A stretch of 64,000 bases of DNA from Lingula anatina (taxonomy: Eukaryota; Animalia; Brachiopoda), in contig CM120642.1 in the NCBI GenBank assembly GCA_051362555.1, positions 21,452,001 through 21,516,000 on the forward strand, given 5' to 3'. The translations under genes and the position numbers were made by a program. Of the stretch, positions 14,952 through 29,783 are shown piece by piece. The notes beneath the pieces were generated by a model. The model had not been told where the DNA came from and ran no database searches. It was given only the letters and a program-made list of their open reading frames with translations. Within the stretch, counting starts at the first letter, position 1; each line of letters starts with the position of its first letter.

Positions 14952-17900
14952 AACTGCCAAATGCGGTGCCTTAAAATAGTTAAACATTAATGATTTTCAC
15001 AAATCTTGTCAAATATTTGTGAAATTTGGACAGATGATGCATAACAATAATAAAAATCTGTGATAAGCTCAACAGTTGACTGTGACTCATGAAAAAGAAT
15101 TTTAAGAGAAAACTGAAAATGACATTGAAAAGACTGCCAAATTCCATGGTTTAAAATAGTTAAACATTAATAATTTTCATAAATTTTGTTCAATATTTGT
15201 AAAATTTGGATAGATGTTGCATAACAATTATAAAAATATGTGATACGCTCATCAGTTGACTGTGTCTCATGAAAAAGTATTTTTAGAGCATATAAATGTG
15301 AGAAACTGAAAATGACATTGAAAAGACTGCCAAATTACATGCCATAAAATAGTTAAACGTTAATAATTTTCACAAATCTTGTCTAATATTTGTGAAATTT
15401 GGATAGATGATGCATATCAACAATAACAATCTGTGATAAGCTCATCAGTTGACTGTATCTCATGAAAAAGATTTTTTTTTTGGACAATAAATTTGAGAAA
15501 ACTGAAAATTACATTGAGAAGACTGCCAAATTCCATGGTATAAAATAGTTAAACGTTAATAATTTTCACAAATCTTGTCCAATAAATGAGAAAATTTGGA
15601 TAGATAATGCAGAACAATAACAAAAATCTGTGATAAGCTTAACAGTTGACAGTGTGTAATAGAATTGTAGTTGTTTGACATTTTGTATGGAAAGAGTGAG
15701 AATTATCTAAAACATTTTTTTTTTTCAATTTCACAACATCTAATTAGCCTCACATTAAACATCAAATATTATGATTTAAGTTTGTTTGTGTAAGAGGTGA
15801 CAAATTACCCATAATTGTCCTCTGGAAAAGAATATATACCCATTTAAGACATCTCCTTACTACCAATACCAGATGCAGATTCCTCCTTACAATCGGTTTC
15901 TGGAATCGGGTTAAGCACACCATTTGACAATGTCCTAAACTTGCCATATACCATCTATTGTACACATGGATGAGACATAGTACTGCTCTTGCTGTTGTCT
16001 TTTGCTGCCTGTTCTTTCTATAGGAATTAGCCATGACCAGACAGGAAGAATCAGTTCACCAAAAAAGCCACCATGCTGTATGGAAAAGGTCACCTAGAAA
16101 AAGAACAATATGTTTGAAAAATGTGAAAATTAAATTCTAAAAATTGACAAATTTCCAACAGTAAAATAGTTAAACATTTATAATTTTGATAAAGTTAACC
16201 TTAACAGTTGACTGTCTAATAAAAAGGATATTTTTGGAATATATAAAATTGAGAAAAATGAAAATAACATTGAAAAAACTGCCAAATGCGGTGCCTTAAA
16301 ATAGTTAAACATTAATGATTTTCACAAATCTTGTCAAATATTTGTGAAATTTGGACAGATGATGCATAACAATAATAAAAATCTGTGATAAGCTCAACAG
16401 TTGACTGTGACTCATGAAAAAGAATTTTAAGAGAAAACTGAAAATGACATTGAAAAGACTGCCAAATTCCATGGTTTAAAATAGTTAAACATTAATAATT
16501 TTCATAAATTTTGTTCAATATTTGTAAAATTTGGATAGATGTTGCATAACAATTATAAAAATATGTGATACGCTCATCAGTTGACTGTGTCTCATGAAAA
16601 AGTATTTTTAGAGCATATAAATGTGAGAAACTGAAAATGACATTGAAAAGACTGCCAAATTACATGCCATAAAATAGTTAAACGTTAATAATTTTCACAA
16701 ATCTTGTCTAATATTTGTGAAATTTGGATAGATGATGCATATCAACAATAACAATCTGTGATAAGCTCATCAGTTGACTGTATCTCATGAAAAAGATTTT
16801 TTTTTTGGACAATAAATTTGAGAAAACTGAAAATTACATTGAGAAGACTGCCAAATTCCATGGTATAAAATAGTTAAACGTTAATAATTTTCACAAATCT
16901 TGTCCAATAAATGAGAAAATTTGGATAGATAATGCAGAACAATAACAAAAATCTGTGATAAGCTCAACAGTTGACAGTGTGTAATAGAATTGTAGTTGTT
17001 TGACATTTTGTATGAGAAGAGTGAGAATTATCTAAAACAATTTTTTTTTCAATTTCACAACATCTAATTAGCCTCACATTAAACATCGAATATTATGATT
17101 TGAGTTTGTTTGTGTAAGAGGTGACAAATTACCCATAATTGTCCTCTGGAAAAGAATATATACCCATTTAAGACATCTCCTTACTACCAATACCAGATGC
17201 AGATTCCTCCTTACAATCGGTTTCTGGAATAGGGTTTAGCACACCATTTGACAATGTCCTAAAGCTTGTCATATACCATCTATTGTACACATGGATGAGA
17301 CATAGTACTGCTCTTGCTGTTGTCTTTTGCTGCCTGTTCTTTCTATAGGAATTAGCCATGACCAGACAGGAAGAATCAGTTCACCAAAAAAGCCACCATG
17401 CTGTATGGAAAAGGTCACCTGGAAAAAGAACAATATGTTTGAAAAATGTGAAAATTAAATTCTAAAAATCGACAAATTTCCCACAGTAAAATAGTTAAAT
17501 ATTTATAATTTTGATAAAGTTAACCTTAACAGTTGACTGTGCCTAATAAAAAGGATATTTTCGTAATATATAAAATTGAGAAAACTGAAAATGACATTGA
17601 AAAGCCTGCCAAATGCGGTGCCTTAAAATAGTTAAATGTTAATAATTTTCACAAATCTTGTCCAATATTTGTGAAATTTGGATAAATGACTCATAACAAC
17701 AATACAAATCTGTGATAAGCTCATCAATTAAATGTGTTTCATGAAAAATAATTTTCAGAGCATATAAATGTGAGAAAACTGAAAATAACAATGAAAAGAC
17801 TGCCAAATTCCATGGTATAAAATAGTTAAACGTTAATAATTTTCACAAATCTTGTCCAAGAAATGAGCAAATTTGGATAGATAATGCATAACAATAACAA

Positions 17901-20900
17901 AAATCTGTGATAAGCTTAACAGTTGACAGTGTGTAATAGAATTGTAGTTGTTTGACATTTTGTATGGGAAGAGTGAGAATTATCTAAAACATTTTTTTTT
18001 TCAATTTCACAACATCTAATTAGCCTCACATTAAACATCAAATATTATGATTTAAGTTTGTTTGTGTAAGAGGTGACAAATTACCCATAATTGTCCTCTG
18101 GAAAAGAATATATACCCATTTAAGACATCTCCTTACTACCAATACCAGATGCAGATTCCTCCTTACAATCGGTTTCTGGAATAGGGTTTAGCACACCATT
18201 TGACAATGTCCTAAAGCTTGCCATATGCCATCTATTGTACACATGGATGAGACATAGCATTGCTCTTGCTGTTGTTTTTTGCTGTCTGTTTTTTCTATAA
18301 GAATTAGCCCTGACCAGACAGGAAGAATCAGTTCACCAAAAAAGCCATCACGCTGTATGGAAAAGGTCACCTGGAAAAACAACAATATGTTTGATAAAAG
18401 TGAAAATTAAATTCTAAAAATTGACAAATTTCCCACACTAAAATGGTTGAACAATAATTTTGATAAACTTAACCTAAACAGTTGACTATGTCTAATAAAA
18501 AGGATATTTTCAGAACATGTAAATTTGAGAAATACTGAAAATGACATTGAAAAGACTGCCAAATGCGGTGCCTTAAAATAGTTAAATGTTAATAATTTTC
18601 ACAAATCTTGTCTAATATTTGTGAAATTTGGATAAATGACTCATAACAACAATAAAAATCTGTGATAAGCTCATCAATTAAATGTGTTTCATGAAAAATA
18701 ATTTTCAGAGCATATAAATGTGAGAAAACTGAAAATAACAATGAAAAGACTGCCAAATTCCATGGTATAAAATAGTTAAACGTTAATAATTTTCACAAAT
18801 CTTGTCCAAGAAATGAGCAAATTTGGATAGATAATGCATAACAATAACAAAAATCTGTGATAAGCTTAACAGTTGACAGTGTGTAATAGAATTGTAGTTG
18901 TTTGACATTTTGTATGGGAAGAGTGAGAATTATCTAAAACATTTTTTTTTTCAATTTCACAACATCTAATTAGCCTCACATTAAACATCAAATATTATGA
19001 TTTAAGTTTGTTTGTGTAAGAGGTGACAAATTACCCATAATTGTCCTCTGGAAAAGAATATATACCCATTTAAGACATTTCCTTACTACCAATACCAGAT
19101 GCAGATTCCTCCTTACAATCGGTTTCTGGAATCGGGTTAAGCACACCATTTGACAATGTCCTAAAGCTTGCCATATACCATCTATTGTACACATGGATGA
19201 GACATAGCATTGCTCTTGCTGTTGTCTTTTGCTGCCTGTTCTTTCTATAGGAATTAGCCATGACCAGACAGGAAGAATCAGTTCACCAAAAAAGCCACCA
19301 TGCTGTATGGAAAAGGTCACCTAGAAAAAGAACAATATGTTTGAAAAATGTGAAAATTAAATTCTAAAAATTGACAAATTTCCAACAGTAAAATAGTTAA
19401 ACATTTATAATTTTGATAAAGTTAACCTTAACAGTTGACTGTCTAATAAAAAGGATATTTTTGGAATATATAAAATTGAGAAAAATGAAAATGACATTGA
19501 AAAAACTGCCAAATGCGGTGCCTTAAAATAGTTAACGGCCATTCCACGAAAAGGGGTACAATTCCAAAACAAGAAATGCAGTGATATGAACTTTGCAAAA
19601 CTGGAAAACTTTTTATATTATTTTGATGAAGAGGTATTCAGAGAGTAGTAGAAGAATTTTAACCCACACCATTACTGTATTTAAAGAAATATGCACGTGT
19701 AAACATGGTACAGTATTTTTTTCGTTACGGAGGTTAGGTAACATCTAAATTAGGTTATATTTCAATCATGCCAAAGGTCACAGGCTCCATATTTGATTCA
19801 ATTATTAAGATTTTGTATGTATTCAAAATATTATTGCCCATTTAAGATTTCTCTTCAATTATAGAAAATGCAGTGCAAACACATTGATAATAAGTGGCCC
19901 GTTTTCTTTAAATACAAAGCCTGAGATATTCCAATTTAAATATTTTATTAATCATTGGGGACAGACTTTCTTTTTTATCATTCTATTTGTTTATGAACAA
20001 AGTACAATCAATCTATTATGATATGAGCATTGATCAATGAGCACACACATATCCAATGTTCAAATGAAAAATGAGTAATTTCGTAACGGAGGTTAGGTCA
20101 TTAATAGCGATCATATTTGTTTTGATATTTCTTAGCTTAAAGTAGACTTTAGAGGCTGAATTCGGAATTTGTAGTATTACAGATACGACAAACGTTACAT
20201 AATAATAAAACATTAAACCTACATGTACATGATCGCAGCTATAGGCAGTAAAAAACAACACAATACCCGAGAAAGTTGATGTATACAATCAAGTAGGCCG
20301 ACAATGGACACGTGTTTGCGGATAATTGTCCATTTAAAGTTACTGGAAGCATCTAGAAGATGTTAAAAACTATTATGTGCTACTGAAACAGTAAAATAGG
20401 GCCTAATAACCCCGCAGTTCTACCTGATAAATACAAGCGTTGCTTCAATGCTTAATATATTTCGCCATATGTCTCCCGCGAAAATAATGTCTGCTACATG
20501 TACGCTAGTACTGATGTCAGCTAGTACCATTTTTCTTGCCAAGACAGTCCTGAAAACTCCTCATTTCGCTTAAAATCAGAATGATAAGTTCAAAAAGGCA
20601 TCGTCAAGTGACAAATGGAAATCAATTTGAAAAAACAAATCACGGTTTACCCTCGATTTTATAGCAAACTCGAGTAAAAACTTAAATGGTTAGCTTATCT
20701 TGATAGAATTATCAGCTATATATGTATATTTTATATCTATATTAATACGGGGTAATGTCTTTAACAGCAAGCCGTATGAATGCATACTACATCAGAACAT
20801 AGAAGTAGAACTACTTCTATGATCAGAACTAACTCACAAAACCACAGAAATAACGTTTTAAAGTATTAACAGTCATTTTTATAACAATTAACTTATTTCG

Positions 20901-23900
20901 GTAACGGAGGTTAGCATAACGGATGCAAGGTGACACGCACTCTTTTTCAGTTTTTATCCTCGGGATAACTTTGCATAACAACTGAATGAATTTTTTAGGA
21001 AGAAGTTGGTCCTTGCTTAACAAAAATTATGTTTTTAACTTTCTAAAACAACATTTTCTTCAAATTTGGTCCGTTACTGAGGTTAGGCTCTTAAATGCGA
21101 CACCCCGACTTTTGTGAGTTAACATTCTCTATGATGGAACGCATCATTCAAAATTAACAAATAGCACTGTTTTATTAAACTTCATGTATTAAGAGTTTGA
21201 AAAATGCACAGGAAGGCCATTTAAGAGCATTTTCTTTTATTCTTACACTGAGTTAAAAAAGCGTTACGGAGGTTAGGGGTTACTGAGCGACATTAATTAA
21301 AATATGACAGTGACGTAACTAACCAACAAATTCGACAGAGAACACCATGTATGATAAAAAGAAACATGAATTCAAATTAGTTGAGGACTAAAAACACTAA
21401 AATACGGGAAAATATAAACTTTTTCTTGTGGCAAATCAGCTATAATACCGAAGCGACACGTCGAAATCGTGCTTTTTGCGGCATATAGACCCCCGGGGTT
21501 CCCGTTAAAGCAAGTGGTACTATATCAATTGTTGTTTTTTAAGTAGAACGCATCGGGTCCTGCTAAAAAAGGCTAAAAAAAGCCAAATTGCAGATGCTTT
21601 TACTACTGAAAATAAGCTGCGACAGGTATTATTCAGAATTGTACCCTTTTTCGTGGAATGGCTGTTAAACATTAATGATTTTCACAAATCTTGTCAAATA
21701 TTTGTGAAATTTGGACAGATGATGCATAACAATAATAAAAATCTGTGATAAGCTCAACAGTTGACTGTGACTCATGAAAAAGAATTTTAAGAGAAAACTG
21801 AAAATGACATTGAAAAGACTGCCAAATTCCATGGTTTAAAATAGTTAAACATTAATAATTTTCATAAATTTTGTTCAATATTTGTAAAATTTGGATAGAT
21901 GTTGCATAACAATTATAAAAATATGTGATACGCTCATCAGTTGACTGTGTCTCATGAAAAAGTATTTTTAGAGCATATAAATGTGAGAAACTGAAAATGA
22001 CATTGAAAAGACTGCCAAATTACATGCCATAAAATAGTTAAACGTTAATAATTTTCACAAATCTTGTCTAATATTTGTGAAATTTGGATAGATGATGCAT
22101 ATCAACAATAACAATCTGTGATAAGCTCATCAGTTGACTGTATCTCATGAAAAAGATTTTTTTTTTGGACAATAAATTTGAGAAAACTGAAAATAACAAT
22201 GAAAAGACTGCCAAATTCCATGGTATAAAATAGTTAAACATTAATAATTTTCACAAATCTTGTCCAATAAATAAGAAAATTTGGATAGATAATGCAGAAC
22301 AATAACAAAAATCTGTGATAAGCTTATCAGTTGACAGTGTGTAATAGAATTGTAGTTGTTTGACATTTTGTATGAGAAGAGTGAGAATTATCTACAATAT
22401 TTTTTTTTCAATTTCACATCTAATTAGACTCACATTAAACATCAAATATTATGATTTGAGTTTGTTTGTGTAAGAGGTGACAAATTACCCATAACTGTCC
22501 TCTGGAAAAGAATATATACCCATTTAAGACATCTCCTTACTACCAATACCAGATGCAGATTCCACCTTACAAGCGGTTTCTGGAATAGGGTTTAGCACAC
22601 CATTTGACAATGTCCTAAAGCTTGCCATATACCATCTATTGTACACATGGATGAGACATAGTACTGCTCTTGCTGTTGTCTTTTGCTGCCTGTTCTTTCT
22701 TTAGGAATTAGCCATGACCAGACAGGAAGAATCAGTTCACCAAAAAAGCCACCATGCTGTATGGAAAAGGTCACCTGGAAAAAGAACAATATGTTTGAAA
22801 AATGTGAAAATTAAATTCTAAAAATCGACAAATTTCCCACAGTAAAATAGTTAAATATTTATAATTTTGATAAAGTTAACCTTAACAGTTGACTGTGTCT
22901 AATAAAAAGGATATTTTCGGAATATATAAAATTGAGAAAACTGAAAATGACATTGAAAAACCTGCCAAATGCGGTGCCTTAAAATAGTTAAACATTAATA
23001 ATTTTCACAAATCTTGTCTAATATTTGTGAAATTTGGACAGATGATGCATAACAATAATAAAAATCTGTGATAAGCTCAACAGTTGACTGTGACTTATCA
23101 AAAAGAATTTTAAGAGCATATAAATTGAGAAAACTGAAAATGACATTGAAAAGACTGCCAAATTCCATGGTTTAAAATAGTTAAACGTTAATAATTTTCA
23201 CAATTCTTGTCTAATATTTGTGAAATTTGGATAGATGATGCATAACAACAATAGAAATCTGTGATAAGCTCAACAGTTGACAGTGTGTAATAGAATTGTA
23301 GTTGTTTGACATTTTGTATGAGAAGAGTGAGAATTATCTAAAACAATTTTTTTTTCAATTTCACAACATCTAATTAGCCTCACATTAAACATCGAATATT
23401 ATGATTTAAGTTTGTTTGTGTAAGAGGTGACAAATTACCCATAATTGTCCTCTGGAAAAGAATATATACCCATTTAAGACATCTCCTTACTACCAATACC
23501 AGATGCAGATTCCTCCTTACAATCGGTTTATGGAATCGGGTTAAGCACACCATTTGACAATGTCCTAAAGCTTGCCATATACCATCTATTGTACACATGG
23601 ATGAGACATAGTACTGCTCTTGCTGTTGTCTTTTGCTGCCTGTTCTTTCTTTAGGAATTAGCCATGACCAGACAGGAAGAATCAGTTCACCAAAAAAGCC
23701 ACCATGCTGTATGGAGAATGTCACCTGGAAAAAGAACAATATGTTTGAAAAATGTGAAAATTAAATTCTAAAAATCGACAAATTTCCCACAGTAAAATAG
23801 TTAAATATTTATAATTTTGATAAAGTTAACCTTAACAGTTGACTGTGTCTAATAAAAAGGATATTTTCGGAATATATAAAATTGAGAAAACTGAAAATGA

Positions 23901-25440
23901 CATTGAAAAACCTGCCAAATGCGGTGCCTTAAAATAGTTAAACATTAATAATTTTCACAAATCTTGTCTAATATTTGTGAAATTTGGACAGATGATGCAT
24001 AACAATAATAAAAATCTGTGATAAGCTCAACAGTTGACTGTGACTTATCAAAAAGAATTTTAAGAGCATATAAATTGAGAAAACTGAAAATGACATTGAA
24101 AAGACTGCCAAATTCCATGGTTTAAAATAGTTAAACGTTAATAATTTTCACAATTCTTGTCTAATATTTGTGAAATTTGGATAGATGATGCATAACAACA
24201 ATAGAAATCTGTGATAAGCTCAACAGTTGACAGTGTGTAATAGAATTGTAGTTGTTTGACATTTTGTATGAGAAGAGTGAGAATTATCTAAAACAATTTT
24301 TTTTTCAATTTCACAACATCTAATTAGCCTCACATTAAACAATGAATATTATGATTTAAGTTTGTTTGTGTAAGAGGTGACAAATTACCCATAATTGTCC
24401 TCTGGAAAAGAATATATACCCATTTAAGACATCTCCTTACTACCAATACCAGATGCAGATTCCTCCTTACAATCGGTTTATGGAATCGGGTTAAGCACAC
24501 CATTTGACAATGTCCTAAAGCTTGCCATATACCATCTATTGTACACATGGATGAGACATAGTACTGCTCTTGCTGTTGTCTTTTGCTGCCTGTTCTTTCT
24601 TTAGGAATTAGCCATGACCAGACAGGAAGAATCAGTTCACCAAAAAAGCCACCATGCTGTATGGAGAATGTCACCTGGAAAAAGAACAATATGTTTGAAA
24701 AATGTGAAAATTAAATTCTAAAAATCGACAAATTTCCCACAGTAAAATAGTTAAATATTTATAATTTTGATAAAGTTAACCTTAACAGTTGACTGTGTCT
24801 AATAAAAAGGATATTTTCGGAATATATAAAATTGAGAAAACTGAAAATGACATTGAAAAAACTGCCAAATGCGGTGCCTTAAAATAGTTAAACATTAATA
24901 ATTTTCACAAATCTTGTCTAATATTTGTGAAATTTGGACAGATGATGCATAACAATAATAAAAATCTGTGATAAGCTCAACAGTTGACTGTGTCTTATCA
25001 AAAAGAATTTTAAGAGCATATAAATTGAGAAACTGAAAATGACATTGAAAAGACTGCCAAATTCCATGGTTTAAAATAGTTAAACGTTAATAATTTTCAC
25101 AAATCTTGTCTAATATTTGTGAAATTTGGATAGATGTTGCATAACAATTATAAAAATATGTGATAAGCTCATCAGTTTACTGTGTCTCATGAAAAAGTAT
25201 TTTTAGAGCATATAAATGTGAGAAAACTGAAAATGACATTGAAAAGACTGCCAAATTCCATGGCTTAAAATAGTTAAACGTTAATAATTTTCATAAATTT
25301 TGTTCAATATTTGTGAAATTTGGATAGATGATGCATAACAACAATAAAAATCTGTGATAAGCTCATCAGTTGACTGTGTCTTATGAAAAAGATTTTTTTT
25401 GGACAATAATGTTGAAAAAACTGGCATAAAATAGTTAAAC
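14437..25440. repeat. Zone of shorter core-plus-monomer units (~1325-bp and ~950-bp periods)
   Basis: ORF offsets 14437->15762 (1325) and 23380->24330 (950). Cores at ~17133/18085/19035 and ~22489/23439/24389 are spaced ~950 bp apart. The unit carrying the TIR element measures ~1321 bp once the insertion is removed. Confidence 0.85.
19536..21664. mobile_element. Non-autonomous cut-and-paste DNA transposon, 2129 bp, 29-bp TIRs, TTAA duplicated (superfamily unresolved: piggyBac, Sola or Kolobok-like)
   Basis: Left TIR CGGCCATTCCACGAAAAGGGGTACAATTC (19536-19564) matches the reverse complement of 21636-21664 at 27/29. TTAA lies at 19532-35 and 21665-68. The empty site in sister units is GTTAAACATT. 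No transposase ORF. Confidence 0.92.
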
Positions 25441-25580
25441 CTCCCCAGGGAGGCGAGATTGTACACAGCGTGTTTTGACCAGTTGTATACTTGTTATATG
25501 TATGTACATATTTGTAAAGTCTAACGAACATATTCATATGGAGTTTAGACTTAAAATAAATATATTATATTATTATATTA
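25441..25580 (+). mobile_element. 140-bp 5'-truncated non-LTR retrotransposon/SINE 3' end with a short-repeat tail
   Basis: Flanked by direct TTAAAC (25435-40 and 25581-86). It ends with AATAAA (25555-60) followed by a TATATTA/TATTA tail. Absent from equivalent monomers such as ~31455. Confidence 0.75.
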
Positions 25581-28404
25581 TTAAACGTTAATAATTTTCA
25601 CAAAACTTGTTCAATATTTGTGAAATTTGGAGAGATGATGCTTAACAATAACAAAAATCTGTGATAAGCTTAACAATTGACAGTATGTGATAGAATTGTA
25701 GTTGTTTGACATTTTGTATGCGAAGAGTGAGAATTATCTACAATATTTTTTTTTCAATTTCACATCTAATTAGACTCACATTAAACATCAAATATTATGA
25801 TTTGAGTTTGTTTGTGTAAGAGGTGACAAATTACCCATAACTGTCCTCTGGAAAAGAATATATACCCATTTAAGACATCTCCTTACTACCAATACCAGAT
25901 GCAGATTCCTCCTTACAATTGGTTTCTGGAATAGGGTTTAGCACACCATTTGACAATGTCCTAAAGCTTGCCATATGCCATCTATTGTACACATGGATGA
26001 GACATAGCATTGCTCTTGCTGTTGTCTTTTGCTGTCAGTTTTTCTATTAGAATTAGCCCTGACAAGACAGGAAGAATCAGTTCACCAAAAAAGCCATCAC
26101 GCTGTATGGAAAAGGTCACCTGGAAAAACAACAATATGTTTGATAAAAGTAAAAATTAAATTCTAAAAATAGACAAATTTCCCACACTTAAATAGTTGAA
26201 CAATAATTTTGATAAACTTAACCTAAACAGTTGACTATGTCTGATAAAAAGGATATTTTCAGAACATATAAATTTGAGAAATACTGAAAATGACATTGAA
26301 AAGACTGCCAAATGCGGTGCCTTAAAATAGTTAAATGTTAATAATTTTCACAAATCTTGTCCAATATTTGTGAAATTTGGACAGATGATGCATAACAATA
26401 ATAAAAATCTGTGATAAGCTCATCAGTTGACTATATCTCATGAAAAACTATTTTCAGAGCATATAAATGTGAGAAAATTGAAAATGACATTGAAAAGACT
26501 GCCAAATTCCATGGCATAAAATAGTTAAACATTAATAATTTTCACAAATCTTGTCTAATATTTGTGAAATTTGAATAAATGATGCATAACAATAATTAAA
26601 ATCTGTGATAAGCTCATCAGTTTAATGTGTCTCATAAAAAACATTTTTGGGAGCATATAAATGTGAGAAAACTGAAAATGACATTGAAAAGACTGCCAAA
26701 TTCCATGGTATAAAATAGTTAAACATTAATATTTTTCACAAATCTTCTCCAATATTTGTGGAATTTGGAGTGATGATGCTAAACAATTATAAAAATCTGT
26801 GATAAGCTCATCAGTTTACTGTGTCGCATGAAAAAGTTTTTTATGGACAATAACATTGAGAAAACTGAAAATGACATTGAAAAGACTGCCAAATTCCATG
26901 GTTTAAAATAGTTAAACGTTAATAATTTTCATAAATTTTGTTCAATATTTGTAAAATTTGGATATATGTTGCATAACAACAATAGAAATCTGTGATAAGC
27001 TCATCAGTTGACTGTGTCTCATGAAAAAGTATTTTTAGAGCATATAAATGTGAGAAACTGAAAATGACATTGAAAAGACTGCCAACTGGGTGCCTTAAAA
27101 TAGTTAAACATTAATCATTTTCACAAATCTTGTTCAATATTTGTGAAATTAGGATAGATGATGCATAACACCAATTAAAATCTGTGATAAGCTCATCAGT
27201 TGAATCTGTCTCAAGAAAAAGAATTTTCAGAGCATAAAAATGTGAAAAAACTGAAAATTACATTGAAAAGACTACAAAATTCCATGGCTTAAAATAGTTA
27301 AACGTTAATCATTTTCGCAAATCTTGTCTAATATTTGTGAAATTTGGAGAGATGTTGCATAAAAACAATAGAAATCTGTGATAAGCTCATCAGTTGACTG
27401 TGTCTTATGAAAAAGATTTTTTTTGGACAATAATGTTGAGAAAACTGGCATAAAATAGTTAAACGTTAATAATTTTCACAAAACTTGTTCAATATTTGTG
27501 AAATTTGGAGAGATGATGCTTAACCATAACAAAAATCTGTGATAAGCTTAACAGTTGACAGTATGTGATAGAATTGTAGTTGTTTGACATTTTGTATGCG
27601 AAGAGTGAGAATTATCTACAATATTTTTTTTTTCAATTTCACATCTAATTAGACTCACATTAAACATCAAATATTATGATTTGAGTTTGTTTGTGTAAGA
27701 GGTGACAAATTACCCATAACTGTCCTCTGGAAAAGAATATATACCCATTTAAGACATCTCCTTACTACCAATACCAGATGCAGATTCCTCCTTACAATCG
27801 GTTTCTGGAATAGGGTTTAGCACACCATTTGACAATGTCCTAAAGCTTGCCATATGCCATCTATTGTACACATGGATGAGACATAGCATTGCTCTTGCTG
27901 TTGTCTTTTGCTGTCAGTTTTTTCTATTAGAATTAGCCCTGACAAGACAGGAAGAATCAGTTCACCAAAAAAGCCATCACGCTGTATGGAAAAGGTCACC
28001 TGGAAAAACAACAATATGTTTGATAAAAGTGAAAATTAAATTCTAAAAATTGACAAATTTCCCACACTAAAATAGTTGAACAATAATTTTGATAAACTTA
28101 ACCTAAACAGTTGACTATGTCTGATAAAAAGGATATTTTCAGTACATATAAATTTGAGAAATACTGAAAATGACATTGAAAAGACTGCCAAATGCGGTGC
28201 CTTAAAATAGTTAAATGTTAACTAGAGGATCAGAGAGGCGATACCGCCTCCGAATATTGTACCACCAGCTGGAGCAAGCGCATTCGTATAGACCCGCACA
28301 TACACAAAATAAGGGACACAGCCACCAGTCTTTTGCTTGACAAGCTGTAAAAATGCAATCAACAAGAATTTTCAAAATATGCAAAAAAATATATCAAAAG
28401 TTCA

Positions 28405-29575
28405 TCAAAAGGTAGGTGAAAGGTCAATTTCACAGTAAGATTGCCAGTATATGACTTCCTATTCAACTTCAAAAGTAACTTTGGACCTATCTCTGCCAGT
28501 TTTGGAGATAAAAAGGAAGCAAAATTTTCAAAGTTCAGTTCATGGTGAAAAGTAGGTCAAAGGTCAATTTCAAGGTCACATTTAGATTGCCAGTGTATGA
28601 CTTCCTATTCTAGTTCAATAGTAACCATGGACCTATCTCTGCCAGTTTTGGATATGAAAGGGAAGCAAAATTTGCAAAGTTCAGTTCATGGTGAAAAGTA
28701 GGTCAAAGGTCAATTTTAAGGTCACATCAAGATTGCCAGTGTATGGCTTCCTATTCAACTTCAATAGTAACTATGGACCTATCTCTGCCAGTTTTGGAGA
28801 TAAAAGGGAAGCAAAATTTGCAAAGTTCAGTTCATGGTGAAAAGTAGGTGAAAGGTCAATTTCAAGGTCACATTTAGATTGCCAGTATATGACTTCCTAT
28901 TCAACTTCAATAGTAACTATGGACCTATCTCTGCCAGTTTTAGATATGAAAGGGAAGCAAAATTTGCAAAATTCAGTTCATGGTGAAAAGAAGGTCAAAG
29001 GTCAATTTCAAGGTCACATTTAGATTGCCAGTGTATGACTTTTTATTCAAGTTCAATAGTAACTATGGACCTATCTCTGCCAGTTTTGGAGATAAAAGGG
29101 AAGCAAAATTTGGAAAGTTCAGTTCATGGTGAAAAGTAGGTCAAAGGTCAATTTCAAGGTCACATTTAGATTGCCAGTGTATGACTTCCTATTCAAGTTC
29201 AATAGAAACTATGGACCTATCTCTGCCAGTTTTGGAGATAAAAGGGAAGCAAAATTTGCAAAGTTCAGTTCATGGTGAAAAGTAGGTCAAAGGTCAATTT
29301 CAAGGTCACATTTGGATTGCCAGTATATGACTTCCTATTAAAGTTCAATAGTAACTATGGACCTATCTCTGCCAGTTTTGGAGATAAAAGGGCAGCAAAA
29401 TTTGCAAAGTTCAGTTCATGGTGAAAAGTAGGTCAAATGTCAATTTCAAGGTCACATTTGGATTGCCAGTATATGACTTCCTATTAAAGTTCAATAGTAA
29501 CTATGGACCTATCTCTGCCAGTTTTGGAGATAAAAGGGCAGCAAAATATGCAAAGTTTAGTTCATGGTGAAAAGT
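28405..29575. repeat. Internal 146-bp tandem repeat of HINE family A (~8 copies)
   Basis: CATGGTGAAAAGTAGGTCAAAGGTCAATTTCAAGGTCAC... starts at 28541 and 28687 (146 bp apart) and continues. Confidence 0.93.
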
Positions 29576-29783
29576 AGTCAGGCGGCTCAGTCCAAATTTT
29601 ATCCAGAATTGTGCAAAAGATGATAACAGCATGAAATTTTCCACGATGAATGACCATTGGGTGTTTGTCAACCCCCTGATCCAAAATAGATGAACACCCA
29701 ATGGTTATTCATCGGGGAAAGTTTCATGATTTTATCATCTATTGCACAATTCTGGAAAAAATTTGGACTGAGCCACCTGACTA
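29575..29783. mobile_element. Foldback MITE (~205 bp plus TA at each end) nested in HINE family A
   Basis: TAGTCAGGCGGCTCAGTCCAAATTTT... pairs with ...AAAATTTGGACTGAGCCACCTGACTA. Imperfect complementarity extends ~90 bp inward (GACCATTGGGTGTT / AACACCCAATGGTT). Confidence 0.85.
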
